From Vicinamibacterales bacterium (GTDB lineage Bacteria > Acidobacteriota > Vicinamibacteria > Vicinamibacterales > UBA8438), in assembly GCA_965207665.1 (NCBI GenBank), contig CBDBMV010000002.1, forward strand, positions 3,527,335 through 3,591,334: a DNA stretch of 64,000 nt. Reading direction: 5' to 3'. The notes below the pieces were generated by a model, which saw only the letters and a list, made by a program, of their open reading frames with translations, searched no databases and was not told the origin of the DNA. The translations under genes were made by a program, and so were the position numbers. Shown here piece by piece: positions 52,206-61,690 of the stretch. Every line of letters starts with the position of its first letter. Positions within the stretch are counted from its first letter, which is position 1.

Positions 52206-52367
52206 CTACCGCCCCCCGGGCCGCGCAGCGCGCGCCTCGCGGCGCTTCAACTCGGCGGCGTAGGCGTCGGCGGCGGCGCGGGAACCGAGAATCCAGCCGA
52301 TGACGACGCCGACGAGCAGCACGGACGGGATGAAGATGAAGTGCCCCGCCGTCATCCCGTCGAACAT
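52206..52367 (-). CDS. 53-aa single-TM protein at the end of the ccm operon (not in ORF track)
   Basis: Hand translation MFDGMTAGHFIFIPSVLLVGVVIGWILGSRAAADAYAAELKRREARAARPGGR; ATG directly follows the upstream TAG. Confidence 0.75.
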   Translation of the reverse strand: MFDGMTAGHFIFIPSVLLVGVVIGWILGSRAAADAYAAELKRREARAARPGGR

Positions 52368-52670
52368 CTAGGATCCCTCTTCCCCGGCGTCCGCCCGCCG
52401 CGCCAGCTCCTGCATCTCCCGCTCCACGGTCGACAGGCGCCGCCAGATGGACCACAGGTAGACGAACACCACGGCCCACACGATTGCGTAGGCGGCGATC
52501 AGCAGGGGCGCGGCCGGCATCTGGTCGCCGGGCGGCAACTCGTCGATCGGGATGAACTCCTCCTGCGGCGGCTGCGGCTGCTCGCCGTGCGCCACCGCCG
52601 CGGCGGTGGCGGGGGCCAGCATGACCAGTACCAGAAAGAGGATTGTCGCTGCCCGCATCACGCCGTTCAT
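52368..52670 (-). CDS. ccmD: CcmD-like protein with N-terminal extension
   Basis: LIAAYAIVWAVVFVYLWSIWRRL then charged tail; directly after ccmC; start ATG 52670. Confidence 0.7.
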   Translation of the reverse strand: MNGVMRAATILFLVLVMLAPATAAAVAHGEQPQPPQEEFIPIDELPPGDQMPAAPLLIAAYAIVWAVVFVYLWSIWRRLSTVEREMQELARRADAGEEGS

Positions 52671-53353
52671 CGTTCCTCCAGCTCCAGGTGCAGCCGCTCG
52701 ACTTCCGCGCGCTGCGTCTCGAGCCGCGTCCGCGCCGCCATCATCACGGTGAACAGGACCAGGAAGGCCACCGAGCACCACACGAACGGGCCGAACATGC
52801 CCGGCGCCGAGCCTGCCAGTTGCGGCACCACGCTGGTCGCCGGATGGATGGTGCGCCAGATGTTGACCGAGAGGTAGACGAACGGCACGTTTGCCATCGC
52901 AAATATCGCGAGCCCCGCCGCCAGCTTGTCCGAGCCGGGGCCGCCGTAGCGCCGCAACAGCAGGTACGCGCACATGATCAGCTCGAGAATCAGCGACATC
53001 GTGAGGCGCGGCTCCCACTGCCACCAGACGCCCCATGCCTTGCGCGCCCACAGCGGCCCGGTCACCAGGCCGATGAGGCCGAACAGGACCGCCAGCTCGG
53101 CCGCCGCCAGCGCCAGCCGGTCGGCCGCCGGCTTGTTCCGGAAAAGGTGGATGGCGCTCGCGATGCCGGCAATGAACACCGCCAGGAACATCACGATCCA
53201 GCCAGGTACGTGGAAATAGAAGATCTTCTGGATCAGACCCATCGTCGATTCGAACGGCGCCTGCGCGATCAGCAGCGGGGCGGCCGCGAACATCACCAGC
53301 CCCGACACGCACAGTGCAGCAAACACGCGCTGACTCTGCATCATGGGCCTCAT
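52667..53353 (-). CDS. ccmC: Heme exporter protein C
   Basis: FYFHVP, WARKAWGVWWQWEPRLT (WWD-type domain), RTIHP. Confidence 0.92.
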   Translation of the reverse strand: MRPMMQSQRVFAALCVSGLVMFAAAPLLIAQAPFESTMGLIQKIFYFHVPGWIVMFLAVFIAGIASAIHLFRNKPAADRLALAAAELAVLFGLIGLVTGPLWARKAWGVWWQWEPRLTMSLILELIMCAYLLLRRYGGPGSDKLAAGLAIFAMANVPFVYLSVNIWRTIHPATSVVPQLAGSAPGMFGPFVWCSVAFLVLFTVMMAARTRLETQRAEVERLHLELEER

Positions 53354-54036
53354 TCTGTCATGACCGGCTCGAATGTCCATAACGCGAGGGTCGTGAACAC
53401 GGCGTCGAAACACAGCAGCATCGCGGCCCACAGGCGCGCGAGATCGAGGTTCGGCTCGGCCTGCAGCAACGCCGCCGTGCCCATCACGCCGGCGATCAGG
53501 GCCGGCAGCGTGATCGGATACAGCAGGATGGGCAGCAGGACGCTGCGGCTCCGCGTTCGCACCAGCATCGCCGCGAACAGCGTCCCGACGGCCGCGAACC
53601 CGATGTTGCCGAGCATCAACAGCGCGGCGATCCACCAGGCGTGCGCGGCCAGCGGCGCCTGGAACAGCAGCGCCACCAGTACGGCCACCACCAGCTCCAC
53701 CGCGGTCATCAGCAACACCACGCCCAGGAACTTGCCGAGGAAGATGGCGGAGCGCTCCACCGGCGCCAGCAGCAGGCCGCGCAGCGCGTCGTGGTGCCGC
53801 TCGCGATCGAACGTGGGTCCGAGCGCGAGCGTGCCGGAGAACGCGACCGCAATCCACAGGATGCCTGCCGCCGCCCCTTCGATCGGCTGCCCGGCGCGCA
53901 CGAACGCGAACGAGAAGACGAGCACGCACGAGACGGCGAAGAACAGCGTGGTCGAGACCATCTCCCAACTGCGCGATTCGACCGTGAGGTCCTTGCGCAT
54001 CACGAGCCAGGCCACGCGGAAGAAGTCGGTGGTCAA
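53350..54036 (-). CDS. ccmB: Heme exporter protein B
   Basis: RKDL..E.R, GILW, LLPILLYP; multiple TM helices. Confidence 0.92.
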   Translation of the reverse strand: MTTDFFRVAWLVMRKDLTVESRSWEMVSTTLFFAVSCVLVFSFAFVRAGQPIEGAAAGILWIAVAFSGTLALGPTFDRERHHDALRGLLLAPVERSAIFLGKFLGVVLLMTAVELVVAVLVALLFQAPLAAHAWWIAALLMLGNIGFAAVGTLFAAMLVRTRSRSVLLPILLYPITLPALIAGVMGTAALLQAEPNLDLARLWAAMLLCFDAVFTTLALWTFEPVMTE

Positions 54037-54040
54037 GTGA

Positions 54041-54763
54041 TCAACCTGCCAATGCCGCCCGGTAGCGTTCCCGGAGTGAGGGCTCCTGTTCCGACAACTC
54101 GATGAGGCGCCCCTCGCGGAGCATCAGGACACGGTCGAGCAACCCCTCGACCGCCTCCAGATCGTGCGTCGCCAGGAGCACGATCCGCTGCGCCCGGCCC
54201 AGCGCCTGCAGCCGCGCGGCCAGGGCACGCCCGGAGGCCTCGTCCAGACCGGTGAACGGCTCGTCGAGCAGCACCAGCCGCGGGTCGTGCAACAGCGTAC
54301 GTTCCAGCGCCAGGCGCTGCCGCATGCCGCGGGAGAACCCCTGGACCGGATCGTCCGCGCGGCTGGCGAGGCCGGCCCGTTCGAGGGCTGCCGCGGCGCG
54401 CCCGGCGCAATCCCGATAACCGTGGAGACCGCCGAAGAACTCCAGGTTCTCGCGCGCTGTCAGCTCCCCGTACAGTTGCAGCTCGTGCGACAGAAACCCC
54501 AGTCTGGCGCGCAACTCCACGCCCGCCGCGGCGGCTTGCCGGTCGCCGTACAGCACCGTGCCGCCCGACGGTTGAATCAGGGTGGCGAGCACGCCGAGCA
54601 GCGTCGACTTGCCCGCGCCGTTGGGGCCCAGCAGGCCTACCAGCTCGCCGGCCCGCAGGGTCAGCGATACGCCGGAGAGCGCCCGCCGCCGGCCGTAGTG
54701 CCGCGAAACGCCGGACACGGTGACGTGGTCGAAGTCGAACGAGGCTGCGGCGGACGCCGGCAT
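54041..54763 (-). CDS. ccmA: Heme exporter ATPase
   Basis: GPNGAGKST, FSRGMRQR, LLDEPFTGLD; precedes ccmB. Confidence 0.88.
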   Translation of the reverse strand: MPASAAASFDFDHVTVSGVSRHYGRRRALSGVSLTLRAGELVGLLGPNGAGKSTLLGVLATLIQPSGGTVLYGDRQAAAAGVELRARLGFLSHELQLYGELTARENLEFFGGLHGYRDCAGRAAAALERAGLASRADDPVQGFSRGMRQRLALERTLLHDPRLVLLDEPFTGLDEASGRALAARLQALGRAQRIVLLATHDLEAVEGLLDRVLMLREGRLIELSEQEPSLRERYRAALAG

Positions 54764-54784
54764 GCGTGCTCCGTTAACGGACCG

Positions 54785-55993
54785 TTACCCTTCGGCGGCG
54801 CCGGCCCCGGTCGGGACCGCCGGTGCGGCATCTTCTTCCAGCCGCTGATACACGCGCTCCAGCGCGCGGAACAGCTCCGCACGGCGCGACTTGTGCTTCG
54901 TCGCGCCGATCCTGCCGGCGCGGTGCTGCCGCTCCACCTTGACCAGGTCCATGAACAGCACCTCGCGGCGGGCCAGGAGCCGGTCGCGCCCCTTGTCGCC
55001 GGCGGACGGGCCGGGCGCGGCGGCCGCCCCCCAACCGCCAATGCCGAGGATGGCCAGCGCGATCGCCAGCGCGATGTTGCTCGGCATGCGGCTGTGGTGC
55101 GGCAGTCCGGCCAGCTCGAGGGTGAACGGCGTGCCCGCCGCCACCCGCGGGCCGGAGCCGAGCATGTAGTCCGTACCGCCGCGCGTCTCGGACGGCACCT
55201 CCACGCGCCGGTTGACCTGCCGCGACACGTAGTCGACCGCGCCCAGCTTCTCGACCGAGAGCAGCACCGAGTCCCAGTCGACCGGGAACGCCTGCTCGAT
55301 GACGAGGCTGTCACCCGAGTACGGCAGGATGTACGCGATGCGCAGCGGCGTCGCGCCCGGATCGAACGGGCCGGACAGCTCCACGCTGCGGCCATCGACG
55401 GAGGTCCGGGGTGAGGAGCCGGGCAGCACCGTCACGCCCTGCGCCCCGGGCGGCAGCTCCATCACCACCGGCTCGGACGGCTCCACGGCCACCTGGGCGG
55501 GGTTGTTGACGTCGAAGACGTAGTACACCTCGACGCTTTCCTCGACGATCTCCACCTGGACGAACGACTCGCCGCCGAACGTCACCAGCCCCGGCGGGGC
55601 CGGCTCGACGGGGCGATCGGGATCGGCGCCCACCAGCATCAGCCGCACGCCGCCGCGGCCGGGCGCGGCGAACGGCAGCGATTCGATGCGCACGCCGTCG
55701 AGCTCCGTGGCGGCCTGCACCTGCTGTCCCGGATTCAGCGTCACGAACGTGGCGCGCCCCGCGGCGTCGGTCGTCGCTTCCTCCACTATGTCCCCGTGGC
55801 GCAACTCCACCAACTGGTTCGGGACGTTGTTCGAGAGCTGCCCGCGGATGATGCGGACCGATACGGTCCCGTCGTTCAGCTCGGCGTCGGGCAGCGGGAT
55901 ACCCGACATCTGACTTGGATCGGGCTGCGCCCCCGCGCCGCCCGCGGCGGCCAGCAGCCCAAGCAACGCCAGGAAACCGGCGCGAGCCGTCAT
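54785..55993 (-). CDS. Periplasmic membrane-anchored hypothetical protein in ccm operon
   Basis: Signal peptide, beta-rich body, C-terminal TM and helical tail; start ATG 55993 overlaps the upstream stop. Confidence 0.75.
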   Translation of the reverse strand: MTARAGFLALLGLLAAAGGAGAQPDPSQMSGIPLPDAELNDGTVSVRIIRGQLSNNVPNQLVELRHGDIVEEATTDAAGRATFVTLNPGQQVQAATELDGVRIESLPFAAPGRGGVRLMLVGADPDRPVEPAPPGLVTFGGESFVQVEIVEESVEVYYVFDVNNPAQVAVEPSEPVVMELPPGAQGVTVLPGSSPRTSVDGRSVELSGPFDPGATPLRIAYILPYSGDSLVIEQAFPVDWDSVLLSVEKLGAVDYVSRQVNRRVEVPSETRGGTDYMLGSGPRVAAGTPFTLELAGLPHHSRMPSNIALAIALAILGIGGWGAAAAPGPSAGDKGRDRLLARREVLFMDLVKVERQHRAGRIGATKHKSRRAELFRALERVYQRLEEDAAPAVPTGAGAAEG

Positions 55994-56580
55994 GCCGGCG
56001 CCTCCATCTGCGCCCCGCAACCCTTGCAGAACCTGGCGTCCTGATCGTTCGCCGTGCCGCAGCCGGCGCACACCCGGTGCGCCGCAGCGCGGGCGGGACC
56101 GGCCGCCGGGGCTGCTTCTCCCAGGGCGGCGAGCCGCCTGGCCAGCTCCTGCTCGATCTCCTCGCTGTAGCCCGGCAGGGCGACGTCGAGCTGCTGCATC
56201 AGCGCGAGGGCGCGCGCGCGCAGCCGTCCGCTCACCTCCTGGAAGTCGGCCGGCGCCACCTTTCCCATCGCGCGGTCGAACTCGAGCTCCTTGATCGCCC
56301 GCAGCACGAGCGTCTTTTCCCGCTCCAGGGCGGCGCGCGTCCGGCCGGCGATGATCTCCGTGCGGTCCTGGAACTCGGATGCCGCCAGCGGCCACAGCGT
56401 GCGGTACAGCATGAAGCCGACCCAGGCAGACGAGCCGATGGCCGCCACCAGCAGCACCAGCACGACGGGATCGTCCGGCCGGACCACGAGCACGGCGACC
56501 GTGGACGCCAGCAGGCCGACCAGAACGAAGAGATGCCAGGGACGGAAGGTGCGCGCGTCAGTCGAGGTTTCGGAGCTCAT
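55990..56580 (-). CDS. Membrane protein with C-terminal zinc ribbon in ccm operon
   Basis: Two TM helices, LRAIKELEFDRAMGK, CAGC...CKGC; start ATG 56580. Confidence 0.8.
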   Translation of the reverse strand: MSSETSTDARTFRPWHLFVLVGLLASTVAVLVVRPDDPVVLVLLVAAIGSSAWVGFMLYRTLWPLAASEFQDRTEIIAGRTRAALEREKTLVLRAIKELEFDRAMGKVAPADFQEVSGRLRARALALMQQLDVALPGYSEEIEQELARRLAALGEAAPAAGPARAAAHRVCAGCGTANDQDARFCKGCGAQMEAPA

Positions 56581-59032
56581 CGTCCAGGCGGGCCTCGAGC
56601 CGCTCATCCGCAGGCTCGGCAGCGGGCGCCACGTTGGAGTGGGCAGCGCGTCTCGACCAGCGCACCGCCACGACGCCGATTCCGGCGAGGAAGGTGCCGC
56701 CGATGAGGAGGGGAAAAATCCACACAAGCTGGTTGAAGGCGCCGATCGGTGTCCCGAGCGGCTCCTGGCTGCCGTAGGCGGCAATGAAGTGCTGGTACAC
56801 GCCGTCGCGGTCCTTGCCGGCAGCCACCTGTCCGTTCAGCTCGCGCCGCATCTCGTCGGCCGTTGAGCAGGTGCAGACCGACAGCTGCAGGCGGGAACAC
56901 GAGCCGCAGAGGCAGACCAGCTCCGACTGCAGCTCGGCTTCGAGCGCCTGCTGGTCCGGCGTCAGGTCGGCGCCGCCCGCGACGGCAATCTGCGCCCGGG
57001 CGGGCGCGGCCATCCCGCCCAGGAGGAGCGAGAGCAGCAGCAGCGACGTCGTGGCGGCGCCGGCCGGCACCTTCGCGGTCACGAAGGCGAAGCTGCTCTC
57101 CGGCAGCAGCGCAATGCCGGTGCCGAACGCCAGCAGCGCGAACCCGAGCCAGATCCAGTTGACCAGCGGATTGACCGTGACCTGGAACGCGGCGGACTGG
57201 TCGCCGATGTCGTACGTCGCCAGCGTCACGTACAGGTCTTCCGATATGGACCGCCGCATGGCGACCTCGGTGGTCGGCTCGGTCTCGTGCTTGCGGTAGA
57301 ACCAGCGCGCAGGATAGAGCGAGCCCGCTTCCTCGCCGTCGCGGAGGACGGTCATGTGCGCGGTGATCATCTGCTTCTGGCCGTCGTCCGACTCGCTCAG
57401 GCGGTTGTGCCGCACCTCGAAGCGTCCGATCTCCACCGACTCGCCGGGGTTCAGCAGCACCTGCTGCTCCTGCTTGTAGCCGGAGCCGGCGAAGCCGAGG
57501 AACATCAGCACGATGCCGGCGTGCACGATGTAGCCGCCGTAGCGGCGGCGCGAGCGCATCACGAGCCCCACCATGGCCGTCAGCAGGTCGGTCCCGGTGG
57601 CCTCGCGCCGCACCAGGCCGCCGCGCACGAACTCCTGGCCGAGCGTGCCCAGGACGAACGCACAGAGCGCGAAGCAGAGCCCGGACACCCAGACGCGGAA
57701 GCCGATGAGATACAGTCCGGCGGCGGTGGCCACGGCCAAGCCGACCGGCCACGCGAACTGGTAGACGAGCGAAGACGTGCTCGTCTTGCGCCACGCCAGC
57801 AGCGGTCCAATGCCGGTCAGCAGCAGCAGCGTCAGGCCGATCGGCACCATCCAGGTGTTGAAGAACGGCGGCCCGACGGTGATCCGCTGTCCCGTCACGG
57901 CCTCGCTGAGGGTCGGGAACAGCGTGGCGAACAGGATGAAGAACGCCGAGAACAGCAGGATCCAGTTGTTGACGAGGAACGCCGCCTCGCGCGACATCCA
58001 GGACTCGAGCTCGTTGCGGGCCTGCAGCAGCGGCATGCGGTAGATGACCCAGCCGAAGCTGAAGACGATGATGACGGCCATGAAACCCAGGAACAGCCCC
58101 CCGAGCTGCGGGTCCTCGCCGAACGCGTGCACGGACTGCACGATGCCGCTGCGCGTCAGGTATGTGCCGATGATCGTCAGCAGGAACGTCAGTATGACGA
58201 GCGTCACGTTCCAGACGCGCAGCATGCTGCGGCGCTCCTGGACCATCACGGAATGCAGGAACGCGGTGGCGGTGAACCACGGCAGCGCCCCGGCGTTCTC
58301 CACCGGGTCCCAGCCCCAGAAGCCGCCCCACCCCAACTCCTCGTACGCCCAGATCATGCCGAGCGTCAGGCCGAGCGTGAGGAACAGCCAGGAGAACATC
58401 GTCCAGCGCCGCACGGCCCGCAGCCACGAATCGTCCAGGTAGCCGGTGATCAGCGCCGCCAGGCCGAAGGCGAACGGGATGGTCATGCCGACGAACCCGG
58501 TGTAGAGCGACGGCGGGTGGATCGCCATGTACGGGTTCTGCAGCAGCGGGTTGAGGCCCCGCCCGTCCGCCGGCGTCTCCGCCAGGTAGGTGGCGAACGG
58601 ATCCTTGAGGACGATCATCACGAACAGGAAGAAGAGCTGCACGGCGGCGATGATCGCGACGACGTACGGGATCAGCTCCCGCTGGCGTTCGCGGTTGCTG
58701 CGGACGGCGAGCGCGCCGAACACCGACAGCAGGAACACCCAGAACATGATGGAGCCGTCGAGCCCGCCCCAGTACGACGTCAGCTTGTAGAACAGCGGCT
58801 GGACGGAGTCCGAATAGCGGTCGACGTAGCGGATGCTGTAGTTCTGGGTGACGAACGCGTGGACGATGATCGCCGACGCCAGGGTCATCAGCGCCGTGAC
58901 GAGGTAGAAGGCGCCCACGCCGCTCTGCACCATGCGGGGCGAGCGCCGGCGGGCGCCCGCCACCGACGCCGCTATGGCGTACGCGCAGGCGACGAACGCG
59001 GCGAGCAATGTCCAGGAACCGAGTGTGGCCAT
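56558..59032 (-). CDS. ccmF: Cytochrome c synthetase CcmF fused to a CcmH-like domain
   Basis: HPP, WAYEELGWGGFWGWDPVEN, SVHAF, GGYIVH; C-terminal LVCLCGSC...CTC...MR...YG domain. Confidence 0.93.
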   Translation of the reverse strand: MATLGSWTLLAAFVACAYAIAASVAGARRRSPRMVQSGVGAFYLVTALMTLASAIIVHAFVTQNYSIRYVDRYSDSVQPLFYKLTSYWGGLDGSIMFWVFLLSVFGALAVRSNRERQRELIPYVVAIIAAVQLFFLFVMIVLKDPFATYLAETPADGRGLNPLLQNPYMAIHPPSLYTGFVGMTIPFAFGLAALITGYLDDSWLRAVRRWTMFSWLFLTLGLTLGMIWAYEELGWGGFWGWDPVENAGALPWFTATAFLHSVMVQERRSMLRVWNVTLVILTFLLTIIGTYLTRSGIVQSVHAFGEDPQLGGLFLGFMAVIIVFSFGWVIYRMPLLQARNELESWMSREAAFLVNNWILLFSAFFILFATLFPTLSEAVTGQRITVGPPFFNTWMVPIGLTLLLLTGIGPLLAWRKTSTSSLVYQFAWPVGLAVATAAGLYLIGFRVWVSGLCFALCAFVLGTLGQEFVRGGLVRREATGTDLLTAMVGLVMRSRRRYGGYIVHAGIVLMFLGFAGSGYKQEQQVLLNPGESVEIGRFEVRHNRLSESDDGQKQMITAHMTVLRDGEEAGSLYPARWFYRKHETEPTTEVAMRRSISEDLYVTLATYDIGDQSAAFQVTVNPLVNWIWLGFALLAFGTGIALLPESSFAFVTAKVPAGAATTSLLLLSLLLGGMAAPARAQIAVAGGADLTPDQQALEAELQSELVCLCGSCSRLQLSVCTCSTADEMRRELNGQVAAGKDRDGVYQHFIAAYGSQEPLGTPIGAFNQLVWIFPLLIGGTFLAGIGVVAVRWSRRAAHSNVAPAAEPADERLEARLDDELRNLD

Positions 59033-59106
59033 GCTGGAGACCTCTTGACCCGGGCTGCCGGCTGGGCCCGCCGCGCGCTCACGTCACGCGCGGGTCAGGA
59101 ACACGT

Positions 59107-59541
59107 TCAATTGACGCCGGACGCCAACTCCGCGGGAGCGGCGCCCCCGACCGTCGGCTTCGGCTCGTATTTCGACGGGCACTTGGCCATGATCCCGTCC
59201 GGCTCCACGTGGAACGTGTCCCCGTCGAGACGCCCGGTCACGACGACTTCGGATTCGTTCTGGAAGGTGTCCGGCACGATGCCGGTGTATTCGGCGTTTA
59301 CGGCGTAGCCCTTGTTGCGAATCTCGAAGCGGTACTCCATGCTCCTCGGACGCACCCTGATGTCGTGCGCGAAGCCATGCACCTGCAGCCGCTTGCCGTA
59401 CATCTCTTCCGGCTCGGCCATCACCTCGTCGACATGCAGGTAGTAGGCGGCGCCGTCCGCCATGGTCGTCCACAGCAGCGCCGCGAACGCTGTCCCGAGG
59501 ACAGCCGTCGTCAGACCGATCTTGAGCGCCTTGCCTTGCAT
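59107..59541 (-). CDS. ccmE: Heme chaperone CcmE, CxxxY variant
   Basis: N-terminal anchor, YTGIVPDTF, AKCPSKY. Confidence 0.9.
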   Translation of the reverse strand: MQGKALKIGLTTAVLGTAFAALLWTTMADGAAYYLHVDEVMAEPEEMYGKRLQVHGFAHDIRVRPRSMEYRFEIRNKGYAVNAEYTGIVPDTFQNESEVVVTGRLDGDTFHVEPDGIMAKCPSKYEPKPTVGGAAPAELASGVN

Positions 59542-59590
59542 GTACGGAACCTCCCGCACCCGTAAGAATATCGCCCGCGCAAGCGGACAG

Positions 59591-60184
59591 TCAACGCGGG
59601 GCCGCGCCCGCCGCCGCGCCCAGTTGCGCCAGCAGGCGCTCCAGGCGGTCCAGCGGTAATCCCACCACGTTGGAGCGCGAGCCGTCGACGCGCGTGACGA
59701 ACCGGCCGCCGTCGCCCTGCAGACCGTACGCGCCGGCCTTGTCCGCCGGCTCCCCGGTGCCGACGTACCATGCTATCTGCCCGGCGTCCAACACGGCGAA
59801 GTGCACGACGCTCGTCTCCACCGCGCCTGCGCAGCGCGCGCCGCGGCGCACCGCCACCCCGGTGAGCACCTGGTGCGTCCGCCCGGACAGCAGGCGCAGC
59901 ATGCGCGCCGCGTCGTCCGTGTCGCGCGGCTTGCCCAGCACTGCCCCGTCGACGACCACGGCCGTGTCCGCGCCGATCACGAAGCGCTCCGGGTAGCGGC
60001 CGGCCACCGCGGCCGCCTTGTCGCGGGCCAGCCGCGCGACGTATGCGGCCGCCGCCTCGGACGGCCGCCGGCTCTCGTCGACGTTCGCCGGCACGACGTC
60101 GAACGCATATCCCGCGCGCGCCAGCAGCGCGGCGCGCCGCGGCGAGGCCGACGCGAGAACCAGCCTCTCGTCCCGGTGATACAC
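59591..60184 (-). CDS. Maf-family nucleoside triphosphate pyrophosphatase
   Basis: [29 protein letters not shown]; start GTG 60184. Confidence 0.93.
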   Translation of the reverse strand: MYHRDERLVLASASPRRAALLARAGYAFDVVPANVDESRRPSEAAAAYVARLARDKAAAVAGRYPERFVIGADTAVVVDGAVLGKPRDTDDAARMLRLLSGRTHQVLTGVAVRRGARCAGAVETSVVHFAVLDAGQIAWYVGTGEPADKAGAYGLQGDGGRFVTRVDGSRSNVVGLPLDRLERLLAQLGAAAGAAPR

Positions 60185-60195
60185 TCCGAGATCAT

Positions 60196-60480
60196 ATGAT
60201 TCCCGTGCGCGACGTCGCGCCGCGCGCCGTCCTGAATCTGTTGCGCGGCCAGCCGCTGACGGCGGCCAAGGTCCGCTTCGCCTGGCGCACGTCGGTAGGC
60301 CCCGCAATGGCCAGGGCCACGTCGGTCGAGCTGGCCGCCGACGGCACGCTCCACGTCGCCGCCGCGGGTGAGCACTGGCGCGCGGAGACGGCGCGCTCGG
60401 TCGCCGTCATCCGGCCGCGCCTCCGCGAGCTGCTCGGGCGCGGCGCCGTCAAGCGGATAGCCGTGAAAGGATTGGGCTGA
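60196..60480 (+). CDS. DUF721/DciA-like protein
   Basis: W..SVG..MARAT...GTLHV....W pattern; about 94 aa, precedes the thiolase. Confidence 0.7.
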   Translation: MIPVRDVAPRAVLNLLRGQPLTAAKVRFAWRTSVGPAMARATSVELAADGTLHVAAAGEHWRAETARSVAVIRPRLRELLGRGAVKRIAVKGLG

Positions 60481-60483
60481 TCA

Positions 60484-61668
60484 ATGCGTGAAGCTGTCAT
60501 CGCCAGCGCGGCGCGGCTGCCGACCGGCCGCTTTCTGGGGGCGCTCAAGAGCCTGCCGGCCACCGATCTCGGGGCCCGCGTGGTCCGCGAGGCCGTCGCG
60601 CGGGCCGGCATCGATCCCGCCGCCGTGGACGAATGCATCATGGGCAACGTCGTGGCGGCCGGGCTCGGCCAGGCGCCGGCGCGCCAGGCGGCGCTGCACG
60701 GCGGGCTGCCGGATCACGTCGCCGCGCTGACCATCAACAAGGTGTGCGGGTCCGGACTCAAGTCGGTGATGCTGGCGGCGCAGGGCATCGCCACCGGCGA
60801 CATCGACGTCGCGGTCGCGGGCGGCATGGAATCGTTGAGCAACGCGCCGTATCTCCTGCCCAAGGCGCGCGAGGGTGCGCGCATGGGCCACGTCGATGCG
60901 CACGACGCGATGATGCACGACGGCCTCTGGTGCTCGCTCGAGAACTGGTCGATGGGGCTGGCGGCCGAGGCGGTCGCCGAGCGTTACGGCGTGAGCCGGG
61001 AGGACCAGGACGCGTTCGCCGCCGAGAGCCACCGCCGCGCGGCGGCCGCCATCCGGGACTGCCACTTCAAGGACGAGATCCTCCCGGTCGAAATCCCGCG
61101 CCGCAAGGGCGACCCGATCCGTCTGGAATACGACGAGCCGGTGCGCCCGGATTCGACGGCCGAGGCGCTGTCCCGCCTCAAGCCGGCCTTCAAGGCGGGC
61201 GGCTCCGTCACGGCCGGCAACGCGCCCGGCGTCAACGACGGCGCGGCGGCCGTGGTGGTCATGGGCGCCGACCGGGCGGAAGCACTCGGCGTCACGCCGC
61301 TGGCCCGCATCGTCGGCCAGGCCGTCTGCGGGCTGCCGCCCAAGTGGCTGCTGATGACGCCGGTGGACGCGGTCACGAAGCTGTTGCGGAAGACAGGCTG
61401 GAGCCTGGAAGACGTGGACCTGATCGAGCTCAACGAGGCGTTCTCGGCCCAGGCGCTTGCGGTCGTCCGCGAGCTGGGCGCCGACCCCGACAGGGTCAAC
61501 GTCAACGGCGGCGCGGTAGCCCTCGGTCACCCGCTCGGTGCGAGCGGCGCCCGGATCCTGACCACGCTGCTGTACGCGCTCCGCAACCGCAACCTGCGGC
61601 GCGGCATCGCCACTCTCTGCCTGGGCGGCGGCAACGGCGTGGCCCTGGCGGTCGAGCGTACGGCATAG
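60484..61668 (+). CDS. Acetyl-CoA C-acetyltransferase (thiolase)
   Basis: [24 protein letters not shown]. Confidence 0.96.
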   Translation: MREAVIASAARLPTGRFLGALKSLPATDLGARVVREAVARAGIDPAAVDECIMGNVVAAGLGQAPARQAALHGGLPDHVAALTINKVCGSGLKSVMLAAQGIATGDIDVAVAGGMESLSNAPYLLPKAREGARMGHVDAHDAMMHDGLWCSLENWSMGLAAEAVAERYGVSREDQDAFAAESHRRAAAAIRDCHFKDEILPVEIPRRKGDPIRLEYDEPVRPDSTAEALSRLKPAFKAGGSVTAGNAPGVNDGAAAVVVMGADRAEALGVTPLARIVGQAVCGLPPKWLLMTPVDAVTKLLRKTGWSLEDVDLIELNEAFSAQALAVVRELGADPDRVNVNGGAVALGHPLGASGARILTTLLYALRNRNLRRGIATLCLGGGNGVALAVERTA

Positions 61669-61690
61669 CCGCCGGCGCGGCGGGCGGCTC

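Noticed and set aside
59047-59097. GC-rich stem between ccmE and ccmF as a riboswitch
   Set aside because: Short imperfect stem with no recognisable aptamer motif.
57287-59308. Long antisense ORFs (this one, 6432-8423, 11269-13026, 28398-31274 and others)
   Set aside because: Typical stop-poor shadow frames of high-GC genes with no motifs.
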